NCBI GenBank assembly: GCA_947259185.1
Contig: CAMYKT010000020.1
Location: 1,007 to 33,006, forward strand
Direction: 5' to 3'
DNA: 32,000 bases
From: an uncultured Methanobacteriaceae archaeon
Lineage (GTDB): Archaea > Methanobacteriota > Methanobacteria > Methanobacteriales > Methanobacteriaceae
The notes beneath the pieces are model-generated. The model did no database searches. It was given only the letters and a program-made list of their open reading frames with translations, and had not been told where the DNA came from. A program made the translations under genes and the position numbers. Position 1 is the first letter of the stretch, and the number at the start of each line of letters is the position of its first letter. Of this stretch, positions 25,506 to 32,000 are shown in pieces.

Positions 25506-26525
25506 TTAGTTTGAATAATCCACTACTTCCAGTTCTTTTACAGGTGTACCATCACTCCATAAACCCATAAAACGTTGCTGGGTGGTATTACCCAGGGCAT
25601 ATTCCTTGTTTGTCCCATAAAATGCTGCTTCATATAACCCATCAAATAATTTCCAGGTCCCATAGTAATCCAGGGCATTAACCATCAAACGATATTCCCC
25701 ACAATTTAAAAGTGCCAGCGGGGCCAGATGGTCAGCAATTAAAGGTGGGTTTCCATAGTAATCAGATACCATGATTACATAGTTCTTATTTTCAGGGGGT
25801 ATGCTGGTGGTTTCTTTTATTATCTTTTCTGAATCAAAAGAACCTACAATATCATCTCTATCACCAGATAAGGTTAATAAGAGAGTAGTGGATGGTATTC
25901 TGGATAAATCTTCCAGTAGAGGGCCCATGGTCCGGTTTTCTGAACGGGATAAACCAGGTTGCACACAGAATATTGCTTTTGGTTGGGGAATTCCTTCCTG
26001 GGATGCCCTTGCTGCCATATTGATTGATATGAGACCACCAGCAGAGTGTCCCACCAGGGCCAGATTTTCCCTCTGGGGCCGGACATGTTCACCATTTTCC
26101 AGCTGGATTAATGCATCTTTAAGGGAATAAATAGCATTCTGGGTGAAATTATCTGATGAATCAAAAATACTGGATTGGTAGCGAGGATAAATCACAATAT
26201 TGCCTTTTTTTACCAGATGATCAATCCAGGGGCGATAAAATAAAGGATCGGTGGCAGACCAGCCGTGGTTAAATACTATTACCGGGGCAGATTCAGGTGA
26301 AGGGGATCCTGGTTCAAATATCCAGTACTGCAGCGCCCCACTACCATAAGTAGAGGATATCACCTGGGAATGATTATAATCCATTCCACCAGGACCATTT
26401 ACGGTCTGGAAGGATCCCTGAGGGTTTTCAGCATATACTGCGGTGCTAAATGCAACTATAACTAAGAATATAAAAGCAAAACCTGAAAAAATTAGGTATC
26501 TGGCTGAGGGAGGAGAGGAAGTCAT
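25506..26525 (-). CDS. Secreted alpha/beta hydrolase (esterase/lipase-like)
   Basis: 339 aa. Signal peptide ending AVYA/ENP, HGW oxyanion region, nucleophile elbow VGHSAGG, Asp in SGDRDDIV, His in IADHLAP. Confidence 0.75.
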   Translation of the reverse strand: MTSSPPSARYLIFSGFAFIFLVIVAFSTAVYAENPQGSFQTVNGPGGMDYNHSQVISSTYGSGALQYWIFEPGSPSPESAPVIVFNHGWSATDPLFYRPWIDHLVKKGNIVIYPRYQSSIFDSSDNFTQNAIYSLKDALIQLENGEHVRPQRENLALVGHSAGGLISINMAARASQEGIPQPKAIFCVQPGLSRSENRTMGPLLEDLSRIPSTTLLLTLSGDRDDIVGSFDSEKIIKETTSIPPENKNYVIMVSDYYGNPPLIADHLAPLALLNCGEYRLMVNALDYYGTWKLFDGLYEAAFYGTNKEYALGNTTQQRFMGLWSDGTPVKELEVVDYSN

Positions 26526-26700
26526 GTATAACTTTTTTTAATTAATTACTAATTAATTTATTCCCGGCTTAGTTTTTTAAAAAATATGGTAAAAAATTTG
26601 TATTTATAAAAACATAATATCAACTACCAGTGGTGATTAGCATTATCTGGTATAATCCGAGAGATAGTTAACCCGGTTTTAATAATCCCTATACTAGGAT

Positions 26701-27198
26701 ATGGATAATATGAAAGAAGATAAAACGCAAAAAGCTACCTTTGGAGCAGGATGTTTCTGGGGTGTGGAAGATGCATTTAGAAAGCTCAAAGGAGTTAAAT
26801 CAACACAAGCAGGTTATATGGGTGGCCATCTAAAAGACCCCACCTATGAAGATGTATGCCAGGGAGATAGTGGACATGCTGAAGTGGTTCAGGTTACCTT
26901 TAACCCGGAAGAAATATCCTATAACGATCTTCTGGATTTATTCTGGAAAATCCACGATCCCACCACCTTAAATCGCCAGGGACCGGATATTGGATACCAG
27001 TACCGTTCGGCTATCTTTTATCATAACCTGGAGCAGAAGGCCCAGGCTTTGATTTCAATGGAAAAACTGCAATCCACCCCGGGATATGATAAGGAAATTG
27101 TAACTGTTATTGAACCGGCCACCACCTTTTACCAGGCAGAGGAGTACCATCAGCAGTACCTGGAAAAAAGAGGAGCTAAAAGCTGCCACTTCTTTTAG
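26701..27198 (+). CDS. msrA: Peptide methionine (S)-S-oxide reductase
   Basis: 165 aa. [27 protein letters not shown], and HQQYLEK. Confidence 0.95.
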   Translation: MDNMKEDKTQKATFGAGCFWGVEDAFRKLKGVKSTQAGYMGGHLKDPTYEDVCQGDSGHAEVVQVTFNPEEISYNDLLDLFWKIHDPTTLNRQGPDIGYQYRSAIFYHNLEQKAQALISMEKLQSTPGYDKEIVTVIEPATTFYQAEEYHQQYLEKRGAKSCHFF

Positions 27199-27525
27199 TT
27201 ATTAATTAATAGGATAACTCCTGATAAAATAGGAAAATTAGGATTAATTATTATAGTTGGTGTTTCCTATAAAACTGAAAAATATGAGAACATTTTATTT
27301 ACTTCAAAAATCATATAAAATAATGATTTCATGTTAAAATCACTTCCAATAACCCTTTTAAAACAATCAACATATTTTAAAAGGCAGGCCGGTATATTTT
27401 ATATTCACTCAGGTACTCTTATTAATTTTTTTAATTGTTTAAACTTCTTCCCTTTACAAATGGATTCATTTAATACTCATTTTAGAGGTTTTAATTCTTA
27501 TTAACAGACTAATTTTTAAAGTATA

Positions 27526-29271
27526 ATGCTGGTGAAACCAATGTCCATGATAAAATTAGAAGAAGATGTTTCCCTGGTGCTTTGTGGTGAAGCAGGGCAG
27601 GGAATTCAAAGTGTGGAGAATATTATGGTACAGGCCTTGAAGATGGGGGGCTACCATGTTTTTTCCACCAAAGAATACATGTCCCGGGTAAGGGGAGGTC
27701 AAAACTCCACCCAAATCAGGGCCTCTTCAAAAAGGGTTAAAGCTTATCGGGACCGGATTGATATCCTGGTGGCTTTGAGTAAGGGTGCCATTCCCCATCT
27801 GGAAAAGAGGATAACTGAAAATACCCTGATATTAGGAGATGAAGAGGTACTGCAAGATATGGATGAGAACCAGTATACTCTCTTAAAAGCCCCCTTTATT
27901 TCTAAAGCCAAAAAACTGGGGGGCCTTATATTCTCCAATGTGATTGCTGCCGGGGCATTGTCCTGTATCATGGGGGTGGATAAAGAAATATTTGATGAAC
28001 TCATTACTCTCCTTTTTGCATCCAAGGGTGAAAAGATACTGGAAAAAGATTTAAAAGCAGGGGTGAAAGGATACGATATTGGGAAAAAACTCCTGGATAG
28101 TGGTCGGATTTCTATTAAAATAGATAAAAACCCGGCTATCAGTAAGGAAATCTTAATTAACGGTACCCAGGCAGTGGGTTTAGGTTGCATTTCCGGGGGA
28201 TGTAAATTTATTTCCGCTTATCCCATGACTCCTTCCAGCCCCTTACAGGTTTTTATGGCAGATAATGCCTCAGAATTTGAAATGGTGTTTGAACAGGCAG
28301 AAGATGAAATCGCCGCCTTAAATATGGCATTGGGAGCATCTTATGCCGGGGCCCGGGCTATGACCGCCACCTCGGGTAGTGGTTTTGCCCTTATGCAGGA
28401 AGCCGTGGGACTAGCAGGGATGATCGAAACCCCGGTGGTTATCTATATTGCCCAGAGACCGGGACCGGCAGTGGGACTACCTACCAGAACTGCCCAGGAA
28501 GATCTTAATTTAGCCCTTTACTCCGGGCCAGGGGAATTCCCCCGGATAATCTATGCTCCCGGGAACTTTAAAGATGCCCTGGAATTATCTCATAAATCAT
28601 TCAATCTGGCAGAAAAATATCAAATCCCGGTATTTATATTATCAGACCAGTATATGGCTGATATTTATTATAACCTGCCTTCCCTGGATATAGAAAATCT
28701 GGATGTGGAGGACTACCTGGTGGAAACTGATGCAGATTATAAAAGATACATCCTCACCCGGGATGGTATTTCACCCCGGGGCATACCGGGCCATGGAAAG
28801 GGCTTAGTATGTGTTGACTCAGATGAACATGATGAAGAAGGGCACATAACAGAAGATCTGAATCTTAGAACCCTTATGGTAGATAAAAGACTAAAAAAGA
28901 TGGATAAAATAAGAAAAGAAGCCATTCCAGGTGAATTTTTTACCACATCAAATTCCTCCTCGTATGAAACTCTTATTTTGGGCTGGGGCTCCACTTACTG
29001 GCCCTTAAAAGAGGCTCTCTTAGAAATGGAAAATGATGATCTGGCGCTATTACACTTCAAACAGTTATATCCTCTCTCTTCCCAGGTAGGGGAATTAATT
29101 AAAAAGGCCAAAAAAAGTGTTATGTTTGAGAATAATGCCCAGGGGCAGATGGCCCACCTGGTTCAAATGGAAACGGGCTTAAAGATTGATCATAAGGTTT
29201 TAAAATATAATGGAATGCCCTTTTCTGTTGAAGAAATTTTAGCAGTATTGGAAACTCTGGAGGAGGAATAA
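27526..29271 (+). CDS. 2-oxoacid:ferredoxin oxidoreductase, fused gamma-alpha subunit (two-subunit KorA-type)
   Basis: 581 aa. N-terminal gamma domain ([11 protein letters not shown] ... [15 protein letters not shown]), then the alpha domain ([51 protein letters not shown]). Substrate not assignable from sequence. Confidence 0.9.
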   Translation: MLVKPMSMIKLEEDVSLVLCGEAGQGIQSVENIMVQALKMGGYHVFSTKEYMSRVRGGQNSTQIRASSKRVKAYRDRIDILVALSKGAIPHLEKRITENTLILGDEEVLQDMDENQYTLLKAPFISKAKKLGGLIFSNVIAAGALSCIMGVDKEIFDELITLLFASKGEKILEKDLKAGVKGYDIGKKLLDSGRISIKIDKNPAISKEILINGTQAVGLGCISGGCKFISAYPMTPSSPLQVFMADNASEFEMVFEQAEDEIAALNMALGASYAGARAMTATSGSGFALMQEAVGLAGMIETPVVIYIAQRPGPAVGLPTRTAQEDLNLALYSGPGEFPRIIYAPGNFKDALELSHKSFNLAEKYQIPVFILSDQYMADIYYNLPSLDIENLDVEDYLVETDADYKRYILTRDGISPRGIPGHGKGLVCVDSDEHDEEGHITEDLNLRTLMVDKRLKKMDKIRKEAIPGEFFTTSNSSSYETLILGWGSTYWPLKEALLEMENDDLALLHFKQLYPLSSQVGELIKKAKKSVMFENNAQGQMAHLVQMETGLKIDHKVLKYNGMPFSVEEILAVLETLEEE

Positions 29272-29273
29272 TA

Positions 29274-30152
29274 ATGGATCCAGAAATCTTTGAGATGGAA
29301 AATGCAGATATTGCCTGGTGTCCTGGATGCGGGGACTTCCTTATATTAAAAGCATTAAAACAGGCCCTGGCCGATTTAGAGTTAGGTCCTGAAAAACTGG
29401 TCTTAGTATCAGGTATTGGGCAGGCAGGAAAATTACCTCACTACCTGAAATCCAATATATTCAATGGCTTACATGGCAGATCTCTATCACCAGCCACCGC
29501 TATTAAAGCATCAAATCCGGATATGGTGGTTATCGATGTTTCCGGGGATGGCTGTATGTATGGTGAAGGGGGTAACCACTTCATGCACACCATACGCCGC
29601 AATCCAGACATCACCAACATAGTACTAAACAACATGGTGTATGGTTTAACCAAGGGTCAGGCATCACCCACCAGCCAGAAAGACTTTGAAACCCCATTTC
29701 AGGTAGATGGAGTTTTTGAAGAACCATTCAATCCATTGGCCGTGGCCATAACTTTAGGTGCTTCTTTTGTGGCCAGGACATTTGCAGGAGATATACCTCA
29801 TATGGTGGATGTCCTGAAAAAAGCCATACAACACAAGGGATATTCTCTGGTGGATATATTTCAACCCTGTGTTACCTTCAACAAGGTGAATACTTTCAGC
29901 TGGTTTAAAGAGAACACTTACCTCATGGATGATACCCACAATCCCTACCTTAAAATAGAGGCCCTGAAAAGAGCCCTGGAAGGAAATGATGGTGAAGGTA
30001 AATTCCCCCTGGGTATATTTTATATTAAAATGGGCCAATCCACCTTTGAAGAAAATCTATCAGTTTATAAAAAAGATAAGACCCCCTTATTCTGGAGGAA
30101 AGTGGATAAAAATAAATTAAAGACATTAATTGATTCTAAAAGAAGCCTTTAA
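29274..30152 (+). CDS. 2-oxoacid:ferredoxin oxidoreductase beta (TPP-binding) subunit, with Gln at the usual third Fe-S cysteine position
   Basis: 292 aa. WCPGCGDF (C16, C19), SGIGQAG (Q50, where KorB-type proteins have GIGC), TPP motif [10 protein letters not shown]-x-NN (C94), and QPCVTF (C199). Confidence 0.9.
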   Translation: MDPEIFEMENADIAWCPGCGDFLILKALKQALADLELGPEKLVLVSGIGQAGKLPHYLKSNIFNGLHGRSLSPATAIKASNPDMVVIDVSGDGCMYGEGGNHFMHTIRRNPDITNIVLNNMVYGLTKGQASPTSQKDFETPFQVDGVFEEPFNPLAVAITLGASFVARTFAGDIPHMVDVLKKAIQHKGYSLVDIFQPCVTFNKVNTFSWFKENTYLMDDTHNPYLKIEALKRALEGNDGEGKFPLGIFYIKMGQSTFEENLSVYKKDKTPLFWRKVDKNKLKTLIDSKRSL

Positions 30153-30213
30153 TCTAAGTATTTACCCGGTAAGTATATATTTACATGATTTAATTATTTT
30201 AACAGGTAATACC

Positions 30214-30630
30214 ATGTTTGAAGAAGAAATGGACAACCGGATATATAAATTATTTATAAGCCAGTTTAAAGAGGAAGAAGAAGAGAATATACTTTTTAAA
30301 AATAGGCTGGACCATGCCTCTGATTTCCAGTGGGAAAACTATTCCCTCCCCCAGGATGCACCCCCTGAAATAAAAAATAAGATAAAGGAAGTTGATGTGG
30401 TGGTGGTGCTCTCAGGACTCTACAGTCACTATCCTGATTACATTGAACTGGTAGTAAATACTGCCCATGAACAAAATAAACCCCTGGTTATCATCCGACC
30501 CTATGGGGTGGAAAATATTCCTCTGGAACTGGAAAAAAAGGCTCAGGAAGTGGTGGGCTGGAATGCTCCCTGTATTGTGGATGCTATAAAAAGTGTTTTA
30601 GGTGGTGGGGAGGGTAGTTGTGATATATAA
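30214..30630 (+). CDS. TIR-like domain protein (MTH538 / DUF1863 family)
   Basis: 138 aa from ATG 30214; the track's upstream start at 30130 overlaps the oxidoreductase gene. YKLFIS, VDVVVVLSGLYSHYPDYIELVVNTA, KPLVIIRPYG, and EVVGWNAPCIVDAI follow the DUF1863 pattern as I recall it. Confidence 0.65.
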   Translation: MFEEEMDNRIYKLFISQFKEEEEENILFKNRLDHASDFQWENYSLPQDAPPEIKNKIKEVDVVVVLSGLYSHYPDYIELVVNTAHEQNKPLVIIRPYGVENIPLELEKKAQEVVGWNAPCIVDAIKSVLGGGEGSCDI

Positions 30631-30638
30631 AACCCAAT

Positions 30639-32000
30639 CTAAGCTTCATTTAGACTAATCCGGGAGTCACCTTCCTCTTTTATTATCCGGATAATATTAT
30701 CTGCTGCTTCTTCCAGATCATTATCATGGGTGACGATAATCATCTGGGGCAGGACCGATAATCTTTTCAGTATATCGATTAATTCCTGGCGACGGTAACT
30801 ATCCAGGTGAATGGTGGGCTCATCCAGCATAATAAGCTCCAGTTTACCTCCGGATAGCACCCGGGTAATGGCCAGACGCAAGGCCAATGCCACCGCAATT
30901 TTCTCCCCACCACTAATCATATCCAGGGTGGTCTTACCCCCGGGACCATATACCTCCACATCATAGTCCTCATCCAGGGAAATATCCGAATACTCAAAAT
31001 TGAACCTATCAAAAAACTTACGGGTCTCCTCCTGGATAAGAGGTCGGGAACGGTTCCGCAAATCCTTTTGCACTCCATCCTTACCAAATAGCTTCCGAAT
31101 ATAATCCAGAACTTTAATAAAATCTTTAAGATTATCTAAATCTTTTTCAACATCCTTTAAAGAATCCAGATCTCTTTGTAGATCCTCTATAGCAGAAATG
31201 GTCATGCCCTGGATTCCCTCATTTTTACTTTTCTGGCTATTTAATTGGATGAAGGATTCCTTTTTTTGTTCATAATCCTGGAAAATCTTTTGATGTGCTA
31301 CTTCATCATAGTCGATTTTAATAAGACTACTGTGGAGCGATTCCTTATTTTTCCTATTTTCTTCTAAATCCAGTACCTTTTTTTGCAGTTTTTTCTCTAT
31401 ACTATTTTTTTGAGATACTCTGCCCTTTAACTGATTCAGATTATTCTTGAATTCTTCCAGCTTATCTATCTCTTCCTGGAGTATATCACTATCCAGAGTG
31501 GAATAATCATCCTTAAATTGCTTGAAATAATCAATTTCCATAGAGGATAATAATTCCTTTATACGGGAGTCCTCTTTAGCTATTTTTTCTACCATCTCAT
31601 TTTTTTCTTTTTCCAGAGTCTCCACCGGGGCCAGGTTTTCCAGGGAATGCTTGGCCTTTAAATAATCGTCTTTATCATTTTCAATTTCTTTTAGCCGGCT
31701 TTTTTTGGATTTTATGCTGGATTCTATTTCTTTAAGGGTGATATTTTGGATTTTAAGATCCTCCAGCTTCATCTCCAGATTACTAAGTTTGTGGGAGGAG
31801 GTATTTTTTGCTTTGATTTTTTCCTGGAGGATATCCATGTTAATTTTCTGGAAGGAATTTTTACGGTTTTTTAACTCTTCCTTTTCTTTATTCAACTTCT
31901 TTAAAGATTTTTCCAGATCCAAAATCTCTTTTTTATTAGAAGCGATATCCTGCTGGTAGAGGGTTACCAGTTCTGTTTTTTTGGATTTACTGATATCTGA
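30639..32000 (-). CDS. rad50: Rad50 (SMC-family DNA double-strand-break repair ATPase), C-terminal ~453 codons; the gene continues past the right window edge
   Basis: A long coiled coil, then the ABC signature MISGGEKIAVALALRLAI, Walker B LELIMLDEPTIHLD, and H-loop IIVTHD. My own translation shows the frame stays open upstream of the track's TTG at 31922 (SDISKSKKTELVTLYQQDIASNKKEI...) through base 32000. Confidence 0.9.
   Translation of the reverse strand, partial: SDISKSKKTELVTLYQQDIASNKKEILDLEKSLKKLNKEKEELKNRKNSFQKINMDILQEKIKAKNTSSHKLSNLEMKLEDLKIQNITLKEIESSIKSKKSRLKEIENDKDDYLKAKHSLENLAPVETLEKEKNEMVEKIAKEDSRIKELLSSMEIDYFKQFKDDYSTLDSDILQEEIDKLEEFKNNLNQLKGRVSQKNSIEKKLQKKVLDLEENRKNKESLHSSLIKIDYDEVAHQKIFQDYEQKKESFIQLNSQKSKNEGIQGMTISAIEDLQRDLDSLKDVEKDLDNLKDFIKVLDYIRKLFGKDGVQKDLRNRSRPLIQEETRKFFDRFNFEYSDISLDEDYDVEVYGPGGKTTLDMISGGEKIAVALALRLAITRVLSGGKLELIMLDEPTIHLDSYRRQELIDILKRLSVLPQMIIVTHDNDLEEAADNIIRIIKEEGDSRISLNEA

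Noticed and set aside
30214-32000. TIR-like gene plus a large coiled-coil ATPase as a Thoeris-like or other defence system
   Set aside because: The ATPase has the Rad50 signature, Walker B and H-loop and is convergent with the TIR-like gene, not co-transcribed. No ThsA-type (SIR2, Macro or SLOG) effector is present. The region otherwise looks like core chromosome.
1-32000. Search for CRISPR arrays, tRNA/rRNA genes, IS elements, integrases or prophage remnants
   Set aside because: I found no regularly spaced 25-40-nt direct repeats and no transposase- or integrase-like ORFs. Intergenic regions are uniformly AT-rich, with no GC-rich structured segment of tRNA or ncRNA character. A covariance-model scan (tRNAscan-SE or Infernal) would be needed to exclude small RNAs formally.

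Overview
AT-rich archaeal chromosomal segment, most consistent with a pseudomurein-walled methanogen (Methanobacteriales, Methanobacterium-like). Supporting evidence: archaeal RFC small and large subunits, Rad50, a HARP-type protein-only RNase P homologue, a class III (archaeal pilin) signal peptide, an MTH538-type TIR-like protein, and a cluster of Mur-ligase homologues. I count 33 protein-coding genes, tightly packed. I recognised no rRNA, tRNA, CRISPR array or mobile element. Most genes are housekeeping (hisI, hisS, aroE, rfcS, rfcL, htpX, msrA, a two-subunit 2-oxoacid:ferredoxin oxidoreductase, rad50). Both window edges carry truncated genes that the ORF track misses or shortens: a PIN-ATPase at 1..629 (-) and rad50, which runs to base 32000 (-). 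Three loci look most worth follow-up. (1) A three-gene minus-strand operon at 10969->8672 encodes a stand-alone CarH-type cobalamin-binding module (Wx9EH plus ExHxxG motifs), a 136-aa helical protein and a HisKA_2 histidine kinase; this may be a B12- or light-gated signalling system in a methanogen. (2) A minus-strand operon at 24217->18013 has three Mur-ligase modules, two of them fused into one 1027-aa protein and each carrying a MurT-like Cys4 ribbon. These are followed by a membrane-anchored extracytoplasmic Cys/His protein with a VanW-like C-terminus and a MobA-like nucleotidyltransferase, which are candidates for unassigned steps of pseudomurein synthesis. (3) The oxidoreductase beta subunit has Gln at the expected position of the third [4Fe-4S] cysteine ligand. 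Smaller observations: two genes whose conserved N-termini lie upstream of any ATG/GTG/TTG, a duplicated aroE initiation region that creates a uORF, an EF-hand loop in HtpX, a Lys/Pro/Ser-rich RFC-L tail ending in a PIP box, and strong CCCGGG over-representation. All family assignments come from reading motifs by eye; no database search was possible.
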